Shown: positions 1 to 13,489 of the stretch, in pieces
Layout of the letters: every line of letters starts with the position of its first letter
How positions within the stretch are numbered: position 1 is the stretch's first letter
Assembly: GCF_009914755.1 (NCBI RefSeq)
Contig: NC_060939.1
DNA: 64,000 nucleotides
Source: the human T2T-CHM13v2.0 reference genome, Homo sapiens
Direction: 5' to 3' (one strand)
Translations under genes and position numbers: made by a program
The notes under the pieces: generated by a model
The model's input: the letters and a program-made list of their open reading frames with translations, nothing else
Told to the model about the DNA's origin: nothing
The model's database searches: none

Positions 1-190
1 AAAACAAATCTATGGTGATAAAGTTAGAATAATGGTTGACTCTAGAAGGCCAGTAGCCTAGGCACTGAGGAACCATCCCAAGCATTGAGAATGCTCTGTT
101 GAGGTGACTGATTGCATGGGTGTACACTTGAGTAAACCTTATCAAGCTGTACATTTAAGATTTGTATATCTACCAGATAAAATTTATATT
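1..190 (+). mobile_element. Old L1 (L1ME/L1MB-type) 3' end fragment
   Basis: 'aatctatggtgataaagttagaataatggttgac...tcaagctgtacatttaagatttgta' resembles L1M 3' UTR. Confidence 0.65.
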
Positions 191-2769
191 TTCATTTTAA
201 AGAGACATTAACATTAACATTTGAGATTGGGGCTCTTAGATTTTCAGGCCCATCTCTGTTTGTGAAAACCAAGCAGGTGGAGAACAGCTTGTGTATCACT
301 ATGTAGGAAGAAGCAATCAGTAGTTTCTCTGTGTCCAGGAGTCCGTGTGAAAGGCTGTCCTCTAATCTTGCTGTACTAAGGCGACTTCTTTTCACCCATC
401 TCCTGCAAATCAGTTGAGAGTGGCAGTGCTAGTTTGTTTGTCAGTTTTCACTTGCACTCCCTCTCTCTGAGCTCGTGGGTGTTAATGTGACATGTGCGAA
501 ATGTCACCAAAGAAATGATCATAAACATGACTTCCCACAAATGGTATTCTCCTGCCAGAAAAACAAATGTAACTATGGGGTGGTATAATTTGGTATGGGC
601 TGTGGAGGTTCTAATATGCAATAGAATAAATCCCAGATATTTTGTGAACTATGAGTCAGAATGAATGAGTACTTACTGTAATTTAGTAAGTGGTACTTTA
701 AAATCTGATGGGGTAAGGAGGAAAATTTGATTGAAGGGAGAAACAAAAAGGGAACCATTTCTCATTTTCATCTTCTGATGCCCCGTTCTGAATGTGACAC
801 CCAGGACATGTTTTATGAGACCACTGGATATATACCCAAAAGTTTGCAAGGAGCGTGTCTTAGAAAAGAAAGTTTTGCCTGCTGTGGAGATGTGGCAGCG
901 TTGGACTGGAAAATGTTAAGGAATGTGAATTTTCTTCATGTGCTGGAAGGCTTTGTTGGCACTGCATCCTCCTCTTAGATGCATGGAGGGCATGAGAGTA
1001 AGATTGGAGTGGAAGCAGGAACATGATGGCTCTTGGCACAGAACAGACAGGGATGCCAGCAATGCTTTCTCTTCTTGCATGTCCTTTCTCCTCATAAGCT
1101 GTCACTGTGGATATAGACCAAGCTATCTTCCCTGTAAATAGCCCTGATCCACACACTGCCCTGTCCCATAGGTCAGCCATAGTGTACTATTCATAAATAG
1201 AAATCAAGTGACTGAGCAAACTCAGATAATATGTGATAGAGACCGGAAGTGAAAGGAGATAGGAGTTTGATAAATGGACATGTATTACACTGGAGGAGCT
1301 GCAGCTGAAGAAGAGAAGGCTTGATCCCCAAATGGGAAGGATGCCCATGCCATCCACATTCTTCACTGAACATGGCTGAGTCCCAGATGGTTTCTCTGTG
1401 TATGCGGCCCGACTTCAGAGGGAGAGAATCAATGTGAACTCTCTAATGTGATAGAATGCTCTAATTGGATTAAGCACATTCTGAGTAAAGGCTGGTGGCA
1501 TCAGACCTACTGAGGCACCAACTGTGTTTCTGAGAGTTAAGGTGAAGAGGGCTGGTGGAGGGAGGGTGTAGTGTGGAGAATGCCAGGAGAGATGAGCATG
1601 TGGTATGGATCAGAGAGGTCTCTCTGGGCCACAGCTGTGCCTCCCTTTGACCTGTACAAGGTAAGAAGAGGAGGGACGAGTGCTGCCTGTTCATTTTTCT
1701 CCTTTTCTTTTTGAGCTCACATTTGTAGTAGGATGTTTCTCCTCATGGACTGACTCCTAAGTGTGACTGCAGATTAATCTACTCCATCAACTTTCACATA
1801 TTCATCCACACACAAAACATAAAACTTAGACATAGGATAAAAGAGCCCACCTTGATCATCTATGAAACACGATGTGGGCCATGAGGCAACTGCACTTTCA
1901 TAAAGGTTGCTTCAAGGCCTGTGTGGATAACATTTCAGGAGGACTGACTGGAGGCAGCCCTTGTGGGAGAACTAAAGCTCATCTATAAAATCTGTGCTCT
2001 GTTTCCTGCCCCCCTTCCTGACCCTGCTTGCTACTACCCACACATTTGTGCTAAGCAGGAACAGAGTTGAAGGGCTAAGGGGTCGGGTGTGTGTGGCTCA
2101 TCCTAGTGGAAGGCAGGATGTTTGAAATTGGGTCCACAATATTCCAAACTGGGAAAATGCCCATTTTTCATAGGATCAGGAGATGCTCTGGCAGCCTGGA
2201 CACCTGCTTCCTGACCTATATGGTTTGCAGGCCAGTCGTGCCTGAGGAAGTCCAGCTATCCACCGTCGAGTAGGAATCTTGCTCCAGCTCCTTATTCCTA
2301 CTGCGAATTCATAGCATCACCCCCTGGCAGGCGGGGAGGGGGAAGAAGTGCTAACTGCTGGCTACAAAGTCAGGCCAGTACAGAGTTACTGTGAAACTGG
2401 TGAATCGGTGTCCTTAGATATAATAATTCTTTTCAGGGAAACTGCAGAGTCGTGATTCTGAACATGTTCAATGGGAAATTTGTTTGTGTAAAAGACAGGC
2501 ACATTGGTTTTGTCCTTTCTGGGAGGCGTCCTCTTGATACTGGTCCGTTCTTTCTGGCGCACTGGAGAGATTTCTTCCTGCCTTTGCAGTTTTATGAGGG
2601 TGGGGGGTGGAGGGGTGAAAAAGGGGTGACTTTCCACGCTGGGGTCTTCCCGGATACCCCTCTTTGTTTTTCTAAGTCTACCTTGACTCACAGAAGGAGA
2701 AAAGAGGGAATTGTTCCTACCCGCACAACTTGTGGGTAGTAGCAAGCAGGGTGAGGAAGGGGGCTTGCT

Positions 2770-3745
2770 TTAGATTTAAATAAAAGTTGCAGTGGTGATA
2801 CAGAGAGTTCCTGTATGCCCTACACCCAGTTTTCCCCATTACTAACATCTTGCATTAGTGGCATATTTATCACTACTAAGCGACCCATACTGACATGATT
2901 GTTAACTAAAGTCCATGCTTTATTGCTATTCCTTTAGTTTTTACCTAGTACCCTAATGTCCTTTATCTGCTTCAGGATCCCATCCAGGATACCACATTTA
3001 TATCTATTTGTCATGCTTCCTTAGACGACTCCTGGTTGTCACAGGGACTCCAGTTTTGATGACCTTGATAGTTTTGGGGAGTCCTGGTCAGATATTTTGT
3101 AGACTGCCCCTCTACTGGAAATTTATTTATTTATTTATTTTTGAGATAGAGCCTTGCTGTGTCACCCAGGCTGTGTGTTCAGTAGCTCGATCTTGGCTCA
3201 CTGCAACCCCTTCCTCCCGGGTTCAAATGATTATCCTGCCTCAGCCTCTCAAGTAGCTGGAATAACAGGTGTACACCACCACACCCCTGATGACTTATGT
3301 ATTTTTAGTAGAGACAGTGTTTCACCATGTTGGCCAGGCTGGTCTCGAACCCCTGACCTCAAGTGATCTGCCTGCCTCAGTCTCCCAAAGTGCTGGGATT
3401 ACACGTGTGAGCCACCACCACCGGGAATCTATTGGAAATTCAGTGCTGTTTTTCTCATGATTAGACTGGAGTTTTTGGGTTAGCAAGGGAAGACCACAGA
3501 GGTCATCATTGTTTTCATAATATGGTATCAGGAGTGCATGCTGTCATCATGACTGATCGCTGTTGATGTTGACTTAAATCACATGGATGAGGTAGTGTTT
3601 TCCAGGTTTCTCCATGGTAAAAGCTCTTTTTCCCCTTTCCATACTGTAGTTATTGACAGAAAGTCACTGTGTGCAGTCCCCACTTCGGGGATTATGCTCC
3701 CCTCCCTGATGGCGGAGTATCTGCATATATTATTTGGAATTCTGC
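2770..3745 (-). mobile_element. L1MC-type 3' UTR fragment, interrupted by an Alu
   Basis: 'aaagttgcag...cagagagttcctgtatgccctacacccagttttcccc', 'caggatcccatccaggataccaca', 'ccaggtttctccatggtaaa' are L1MC 3' motifs in antisense. Confidence 0.75.
3124..3425 (-). mobile_element. AluS
   Basis: Full dimeric Alu in antisense with (TTTA)n tail; TSD tcta(c/t)tggaaatt on both sides. Confidence 0.95.
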
Positions 3746-3874
3746 AAGCAGGCCTCTTTTTCACCCTCTGAATCTTAGAATTTTGAATGCTTAAAAGCGG
3801 TGGGCTGAGTGTGAGGTAAGAAAAATCAAGATGTTTAATTGGACATCTCTTGTATAACCTGGTAGCCAGTCTTA

Positions 3875-4418
<544 letters not shown>

Positions 4419-4944
4419 GGACGCATGACAGGGCAGTACAAGGTGCTGGACCCTAACAAGATAAGGAAAGTGTCCAAGGACAGGGCCCAGCACTGGGATT
4501 GAGGAGGGCTGTGTGGAAGTCCATTCTCCAAGAGTGAAGTTCTGGTTTTCATTATCCTTCACCCATGTGCTGACTTAATGCTTCTACAATGTGTGATCAC
4601 TCTCCCATAGTGGCTGCTGTCTTCTCCCTGTACCTCCCCACCTTGCTCAGACTCCCCACCCCACTGGCCCCCAACAGCTGCATTCTGTCCTCACAGCTTT
4701 CTGGCTCTAATACCCCATGTAGGGCCTCCACGCTCATGGGGAAGAATCACACAGAATTTCCCACTACCCAATGCTTCCCTTTGTGTGATCTGGACAGAGA
4801 GAGGTCAGGGGGTCTGAAACTTGGGCTATATGACAAAATGAGGTGTTAATGTTTAAAATCTGAGAAAAGGCCTGTTTTTCTCAGATTTTTGTTCTTGTAA
4901 ACAAAACTCATGATTCCCTGAATAAATTGAACTTATGGCAGACA

Positions 4945-7780
4945 TGCTAATCAACTTTAATAAGTTGTACTGCAGTATCAAAGACCCCTCAGAATTACGT
5001 TGATTTGCAATCACGAACACCTATTTCTTCTTCATGTATAAAAATAACAATGGTTGACTACTGCTTTGTTTCATGTATCTTCTGGGATCTAGGTGGCAAA
5101 CACACCACATTACAGCAGAAGGAAAAGTAATCACACATCTTTGGATGCATATCTTCAAGTATCTACGTGGTCGTGGCAACCATCACTTCAGCTCACATTC
5201 TCAAAGGCAGTTGTAGGCCCAAGCAGAATGTCTGTGAGACATAGAGTATATCCTTTTTATAGGGAAGGGTGAGGGAACAATGAAAAACAACAATGGAAAG
5301 AACAATTCATCCTGAGGCAGAATTCCTCTCTAGCTGTGAACCTGTGTAATCGAACAAGTTATACAAAATACAACCGTCATGGTATAGGGTAGTCACTCCC
5401 ATTTCAAAAAGGAGTAACAGGAAAGAAGGAAGGGGTGAATGGGTCCCAATCAAGTCCAAAATCTAGCAATGTAAGCTCCATGAAATCTTAAGGCTCCAGA
5501 ATTTAACTGTTTGAGGTCTTCATCAATTTTGGAAAATCCTCAGGCATTATTTCCTCAGATACTGCTTTGGTCCCATTTATCTCTCTTTCTTCTACTTTGC
5601 AGATTCTAATTCCAAATAATGTTCAAATCTTTACTGTTTCCTAAATGTCTCAAATATAGATTTTCAATAATTTATCTCTGTAATTACTTTAATATATTAG
5701 CTGTTGATCTTTCTATGTATTATTCACTCTATTATTCACTCATACAAAGTTCTTAATTTTAGCTACTGAATTTTTATTTTTATAATTTGAGTATTTTATG
5801 TGTTACTCACCTTTGGAAACTTTTCATATTTTCATCTTTTTATATCTTTTTTATAAAAATTTTGTCTTTTTAAGCAAACAAAAAAAAAAGACAAAGCAAA
5901 AAGGTTTTGTCTTTTTAAGCAAAGATGTTATTTAAAAATAGAAGTGGGAGTATCCACTTACCAACTTCCTCAGTACCTGTAGAAAAATTAGCTTGCCAGT
6001 TAGAAATAATAAGATGTACAGTAAAGTGTCAATTTAAGGTGTCAATCATTTAAAAAAACATTAACCTAAAGCACAGCTATCAATAATATTCAAGATAATT
6101 TTATGGGAAAATGACATTAAATTTCACTTTCATAAAAATACCAGAGAATGGTACTTGAGACCACTCACAGTACAAACCTGGTTACAAATATTGCTTCATT
6201 TCCCTTAAGTATGCAGAAGCCACTCCCTCCTTTAAGTGAACCCCCAGTGTGTCATCTAATCACACCATCAGACTTCAAGTCTTGGATCTCATATGGCACT
6301 TTAACTTTACTGTATAGGGTCTTTGGTATCTAGAGATTTGAAAGATATGTTGGCGGCTCCACACACAATCACACAATCCACATGTAATATTGGGGCAGGG
6401 TAATCTCAATAAATACTCGCTTTCAGAAAGGGGAAGGAAGGCGGCACTCAGCCATCAGTGCGTAACAAAAATTCTGAAATCTGTTCGGACAAACATTGTG
6501 AGGACCCCCAGCTAGTTGGTAGACAACCTTATTTCAACCATCCCAGTGTCTGCTGCCTTGGAGCAGGTCTCTAGTCGGTCATACTCTGAGATTCTTGGCT
6601 CCACACCCCGGGAAGTCCATCCTTCCCCATCCATTTCCTTGGCCACATGAGAATTGGGCATAAAAGAATATTCTCTCTTTGGGAAAAGAACAGAATATTG
6701 TTGGCTCAAAGGTAATTTTACTTCTCAAACAGCTACAGGCTATTTTGGCAGTACAACTCTCTCAAAGCCTAATTAGTTTTTGTTCTGCAAAATTCCAGTG
6801 TGCCGACAGTTATATCCACAATTCTTTTCATGACCTGTTCTACCTTAGCTTGAGGTAAGATGAAGTAAATTGAGGTAGCAGACTTCCAAGAAAGAGTCAC
6901 ACCCTTTGGCTTTTTTGTTCTCTGAGACATTCCGCATAAAAAGTGTTGACTTGATTTCCCTTCATTCAATTCAGAGGTCATAACAAAGGGCATGAGGCCA
7001 ATGATTTGGTCTTTACTGTAACACTGAGTTTTGATCCTTGTTCCTCAATTTCAGCTCGCATCATTTGGAGAGAACAGTCAATTCCATCTTTTGACCTTGC
7101 TGTCAGATACACAATTTATTATCCGAAATTATCTTGTTCTTGTAATACCTTTTCTAAAGTAGCCAACAGCAGCTAAAACATGCTAGTTGCCTTCAGTCTC
7201 CCAGACTCTTTGGCTAAATTCATAAGCTCATTCCAACTTATCATACACACATTGTAGCAAAATGCCTTATCAATAAAAACACGAGTCACTCTTATTTTCC
7301 AGGAGTTAATAAGAGCTTTGCAACTGCCTATCTCCTGGACTGGAGATAAATGTTTTAGCTTTTCATTCTGGTGACACCTCATAACTGGTACTGATTTCTT
7401 TATTCATTCATTTTCACTAGGTTATCGCTATGGTAAGAAATGACCCCCAAAACTCAGATACTCATAATTAATTAATTTCTTGTTTATATACATGTTAGCT
7501 GTGGGTCTGGTGGGAGTCAGTTGCAGTTTTTTGCATGTCTTTTGGGTTCTGGGATCCAGATTGAAAGACATGCCATTCTTATGACAGCAGGAACAGAAGC
7601 AATCACAGAAGTACGTGATGGCTCTTAGGGTTATGCTTGGTTGTGGCATTCATAATTTCTTCTCAAATTCCATTACCTCTAAAGCATAGCACATGCCTAT
7701 GCATTGGATGGGATAAGAAAATCTTCTTATAAGAAAGTGGGAGTCAATAACTGGTACCAATAATGCAATCTACTGCCACA
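4945..7780 (-). mobile_element. Old MaLR (MLT1J/K-like) provirus remnant: 3' LTR ~4945-5303, internal ~6170-7398, 5' LTR ~7399-7780; interrupted by a duplicated block
   Basis: Two degenerate MLT1-type LTRs in the same orientation; 'ctggtactgatttc|tttattc' int/LTR junction near 7398; MLT1-int-like sequence between them. Confidence 0.6.
5304..6165 (-). repeat. Left arm of a locus-specific inverted duplication (reverse complement of ~8848-9647)
   Basis: Hand alignment: 7 differences in ~308 bp at 5461-5768, ~87% identity at 5304-5460; spans MLT1A-int/L1/unique junctions. Confidence 0.95.
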
Positions 7781-8847
7781 TGAGAAGGAGACGAGGAAGT
7801 GTCCCGATCTTGAGATATCATCGTAGAGCCTTCATGAGTTATTTGTGTAGTAAATATACTTTTTGTACCTGTGTTCTCCACTTTTTTTTTTTTCTAGAGC
7901 TAAGTAGTAGATACGAGGCTAGAGATACATGGAAAAAAGGAGGAAGCATCTTCTTGCCTTTTTCTCTCCTTGCTGGAACCAATGTATCCAAATAGACCCT
8001 TTTCTATCCTGTTGCTAGGGAGACAGAACAAAACATGGCTCAACATTTACTCACTGTTAACCACCTGTTTCCCTGCTGACATGCACTGTAGTCACTGGGC
8101 TTTGAAATGGATTAAGGCAATCCCTGATGAAGGTGCCTGTAGTTGTATAAGAATACTCAGATAATCAGCTATTTTAAACAATTCATAAAATGTGAAATTA
8201 AAGAAGCAAGTGAATGGATGAGACAAACAAAGAAGCACCTTCTCATGAACAAAAGGGCTGGGCCTTACAAAAAGCATTTCTGGCCATGTAGTGAAAGCTG
8301 TGTCCTGTGAGTCTCTATCCTCATCCTCTGTGCTCATTCCTAGAACCATTTTCTGGCTTCAGAATGGGCACAGCTGCTGAGGACATGCTATGTGATTCAC
8401 ACTGTTACAAGCCAGAACGTGTAAAACAGGGGCCAAGGTTTTTTAAAGTGGTTCTTTAGTACAAGCAATATTCAGGTCTTATTGTCCATATTTGGCTACT
8501 GACTACAAAGTTTAGGAGCCAGCACATGGGAGGATGCAGGTGGGTAAGCAGGGAAAGCCTATGTCTCTGATGGGGAATGCACAGTTTTTTGCTTGCAGTA
8601 AGAACATTCTTTCTGTCTACAGTCAGTCTTGACTCTCTTCAGAAAGATAGGTGGGATTGTCTCCAGGACAGTGTTAGCTGGTTATTTTCTCTGAGTCTGA
8701 AAAGTTTTTTTAACCAGGCAATTTGGAGAAAACTTTATATAGCTTGAATTAACCCATTTATTTATAATTTTTCTGAACGCTAGAAAAACTGTATAAGCAC
8801 ATTGTTCTTGGCATTCATCCATATACCACAGTCTATTTCTCAGTGAT

Positions 8848-9647
8848 ACTGGTCTCAAATACCGTTCACTGGTATTTTTATGGAACTGAAATTTAATGTC
8901 ATTTTCCCATAAAATTATTTTGAATATTATTGATAGTTGTGCTTTAGGTTAATGTTTTTTAAATGATTGACACCTTAAATTGACACTTTACATATTATTT
9001 CTAACTGGCAAGCTAATTTTCTCTACAGGTACTGAGGAAGTTGGTAAGCTGACACTCCCATTTTTAATTTTAAATAATAACTTTGCTTAAAAGGGCAAAA
9101 CTATTATAAAAGGAGATGGAAATATGAAAAGTTTCTGAAGGTGAGTAATGCATAAAATGCTCAAATTATAAAAATAAAAACACAGTAGCTAAAATTAAGA
9201 ACTTCGTATGAGTGAATAATAGAGTGAATAATACATAGAAAGGTCAACAGCTAATATATTAAAGTAATTACAGAGATAAATTATTGAAAATCTATATTTG
9301 AGACATTTAGGAAACAGTAAAGATTTGAACATATTTGGAATTAGAATCTGCAAAGTAGGAGAAAGAGAGATAAATGGGACGAAAGCAGTATCTGAGGAAA
9401 TAATGCCTGAGGATTTTTCAAAATTGATGAAGACCTCAAACAGTTAAATTCTGGAGCCTTAAGATTCCATGGAGCTTACATTGCTAGATTTTGGACTTGA
9501 TGGTGATCCATTCATCCCTTCCTTCTTTCCTGTTACTCCTTTGTAAAATGGGAGAGTATCCTATACCTGTATGACCACTGTATTTTGTATAACTTGTTTG
9601 ATTACGCAGGTTCACAGCTGGAGAGGATTTCTTCCTCAGGGTGAATT
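8848..9647 (+). repeat. Right (donor) arm of the inverted duplication
   Basis: Reverse complement of 5304-6165; its MLT1A-int part continues uninterrupted into the MLT1A LTR. Confidence 0.95.
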
Positions 9648-12410
9648 ATACCTCATGGTTTGCCTATATCCGATTTAGACATTTAGATGAGACTTCAGAC
9701 TTTAAAGTTAATACTGGAATGCATTAAGCCTTTCAGAGCTGTTGGGATGAAATGAATGTATTTTTCATGTGAGAAGGATATGAATTTTGGGGCAGGTCAG
9801 GGGCAGAAGACATTAGTCTGACTATGTCTACCTCAAAATTTGTAGGTTGAAAACGTAATCCCAGTAAGATGGTATTTGGAAATGGGACCTCTGGGCGATA
9901 ATTAGACCATGGGGCTGGAGCCCTCATGAATGGCATTAGAACCCTTATAAGAGGCCAGAGAGCTAACTAGTGAGTGAGTACTTTTGCAACCCAGAAAAGG
10001 GCTCTCAGCAGAACCAACCATGCTGGTACCCTGATCTTAGATTTCCAAGCCTCCAGAACTGTGAAAAAATATTTCTATTGTTTAGAAGTCACCTGCTGCA
10101 TAATACACTGTTACAGAAACACAAACTGACTAATACAAATTTCTTCCGTAAGGATAATCCCCAAGAGAAACACTGGAAATGTAGGAAGGCATGAAAGACA
10201 AAAGACTACATATGTAGGTAAACATAAATGGATATTGATGTTCAAAACAATGATACTAAGATCTAGTAGGATTCACAATATGAGTAGAATTAAAATGTAA
10301 AACAACAATAATGCAAAAGGCAGAAGAGTGGAGTTGAAGTATTCCATATTTTTATCATTATTGGGAAGATGATAAAAGTAGCTATTCAAATTAGGCTTTA
10401 TTAAGTTAAAAGAGCATATTGTAATCCATTGTATAGCCAATAAGAACAATAAAATAAAATAATATTAAATAGAAATTTTAGAGTAAAAAATAAATGATTA
10501 AAATATTTGATTAATTTTAAAGTGTTAAGACATAAGAGAAGAAATAAATCAAGTGAAACTCAGATATAACACTAATTACATTAAATGGACTACTTAAAAA
10601 AAACCCACAAAGATTGAAAACCAATTTTATGTTTCCACCTGAGGATGTACAGAACTCACATCAGTCCCACGCTGGAAATAAGAAAGAGACTTACTTCACA
10701 TTCATAACTTTTTTGGAACGCATTGGCATTCTAAGTTTGCAAAGGAAACTAGCCAAAGATCTAAGGAAAAACAGTGCCTAAAGAAAGATACTAGATGTAA
10801 ACATGTTGATCTAGAGTAAATGTAACCAGATGTCAGTAAAAATAATCCAGTTAGAATCCTGATACATTTGTACAGCCATTTATAATAGTATTAAAAAATC
10901 AAATACCTAGTAATAATTCATACTCAAATGTGCAAGACCTCTCAATGGAAACTTAAAATTTTATTTATATAAAAACATAAATAAGCGGAAATAAATACCA
11001 TGGTCATGAATTGGAAGAATCAATATTATGAATATATCAATTCACCTTTAATTGACTACACATCCAGTACGATCCTAGTCAAACTTCTGGCATTACGTTT
11101 CAGAAATTCACAGGTTGATTCTAGAATTTATACAGAAATATAAAGGCTGAAGAAAAACCAAAGCAATTTGAAGAAAAAGCACCAAGCTGGATAGCTTATA
11201 CTACCAGATATCAAGGCTTGATTCAATACCGTATACAGTGCAGTAGTGGTACAAGATCATTGAACAGAGTACAGGCAATGGTCTACACATATATGGCCTC
11301 CTGCATTATCACACAAGTATCCTGTAAAGCAGAGGGGAAATAATTGTCTTTTCAACAATGTGCCTGAATCAACATGGAAAAATACCTCATATGCTCTACT
11401 ATATACAATACAAAATAACTTACTACCGAAGTCATTCAGATCTAAATATTAATGGTAAAGCAAGAAAGCTTTTGCAAAATACAACAGAAGAATAACTTCA
11501 TGATTTCTTCAACAGGACGCTTGACACGTATTCCATTCCTTGGCGGGGATCACCAGCTTTAGTATCAGGAACAAAATATGAGAAAAAAGGCCCTCACCTC
11601 ATTTCCACAAACAGTCCCAGTTTCAGACACACTGACTTCTCTCTGTCTAAATTACACAAGATTTATTCATCACCCAATATGTCAAAATCACCAAAGTGAG
11701 AGATGCCATGATGAGGAATTTTGGTGACAAAACTCCATTCCCCTTTTTGAGTTCAGGTCTGTGAATCTGCAGACGAGCCTCGTTTTTCCATTCATGCTTC
11801 TTATTACAAACACCTGGAAAGAGCCAACGTGCCCAGATTTTTGTATACAATGGAATACTACTCAGCAACAAAAAGGAACTACTGATACATACAACAATAT
11901 GAAAAAGCTTCAAAAACATTCTGAGTAGTAATCTAACACAAAATAGTACATACAATTAAATTACATTTATATGAGTTTTGAGAACAGGCAAAACTAATCT
12001 ATTGTTAGGAAAAAATCAGAACAGTGGTTGCTGTGAATTAAATGGGAAGAGTTTGAGAGTATTTTCTGAGTTGATGGGAATTTTTCATATTTTGAAGGGT
12101 TTTGAGTTCCACGGTTGCATCCATGTGTCAAAACTCATCACTTAATAGTTGCACATTTCATGATAGGTGAAAGTTATCTTAAAAGTAAACAAATATTATG
12201 ATCTCATTAATGATACATGTAAGGGTGATGTGTATGCCTATCTCCAATTTTCTTCAAAATGTATCAAAGAATAGGATGAGTTGAATGGAGGGATGGATAT
12301 GGGGATAAATACTTGGTAGAAAACGTATAATAAAATGTCAACTGTGGAATCTAGGTGGTAGCTACACGATTCTTTAAACTTCGTTTGAAACTTTCATTAC
12401 TAAATGGGAA
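9110..12410 (+). mobile_element. Old L1M (ORF1, ORF2 and 3' UTR remnants), interrupted by MLT1A
   Basis: A-rich degenerate L1: 'gcagtatctgaggaaataatgcctgaggattttcaaaattgatgaagac', 'ccatggtcatgaattggaagaatcaatatt', 'caatggaatactactcagcaac'. Confidence 0.75.
9450..10137 (+). mobile_element. MLT1A-type MaLR: 3' internal fragment (~9450-9810) plus LTR (~9811-10137)
   Basis: 'gtgagaaggatatgaattttggggc...ggggcagaa' int end; LTR motifs 'gagccctcatgaatggcattag', 'ttccaagcctccagaactgtga', ends 'actgactaataca'. Confidence 0.8.
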
Positions 12411-13489
12411 AAAGAAAGGGGATTAAATTACATATCTAGGGTCAAGTGTTATATGCAATTAAATTTTTGATATTTGCTCTTTGGACTTTCACAACACACA
12501 ACGTGGATTTTTTTTTTTAAAAAAATCTTATCCTACTTTAGCTGAATATATATTCTGTACTGCCATGGAATAAAATTGGAAAACCTTATTTGGTAATACA
12601 GTCAAAATGATAATAAAGAAGGACAACTTATTTGTTAATGTTTTTCCATTAAAAGTATTTTTTTGTGAAAGATACTTTGAGGCAAAAATGATAGTACCTT
12701 TAATAAATATTGGGGCCAAAATATGTAATATTTTAATACAGGAAATGCCATTGAGGATCTGCTTATAGTTTTTCATCTCTTATTTGGCTCATTTGTTTGT
12801 GTCTTTAGAGTAAATATGAGAGTCAAGTAACTACAAGCAGCAGTGTAGGATGTTGGGTGGAGAGGAAGCCAGTAGGTGCAAGGGGTCTCATTGGGAACAG
12901 AAAAACGTTCACAGCTCAGCACAGCATTCTCCACTGCCTCTGTGACTCCTGTTTAGCCCATTACCAGATGGAGTTCTGGAGGTGAAGTTATTATGGAACC
13001 GTGAATAAGAAGCTGAAAGTGATCCACGTCAGCTTCATTTCCAGATATCTTCATCTCCATCTCTTCCGGCCCACACTCTTCTCTTTCTGAGCATGCTCTT
13101 TGTGACCAAAGTTGTTCTTGGGAGCTGGGAATTAGAGCTCACTTTGGGGTTGTTGAGTGATGGAAATATCAATCACATTCTAACAATACGTGATTTAAGG
13201 TACTAGATGTAAGCTTCCTGTAGCTTCTCTTGATTATTAGCGAGATTTTACAGAAAAATCGGGACCTTCAAAATACGCACTTGCCCTCATATTTGCAGAC
13301 CTGTGAAAACTTTCTTGCCTTTTTGAATGGCATCTTCTGGTCTTTAGCATTCTGTGTTTAGCATCTACTGGGCCTGAAAACATTAACCTACAATATCAGA
13401 CCTCCTACCTGTCTTGTACCTGGGCAGTGCTGAGATTTTGGGAAGACGTGTGAGCATTAACAGTACTTTGTAGGTGCCAACACTTCCAT

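Noticed and set aside
11516-11840. Apparent foreign insert or minus-strand exon within L1
   Set aside because: Parts resemble highly degenerate L1 ORF2 end (e.g. ctggaaagagccaacgtgccca), and all frames of the putative exon stop.
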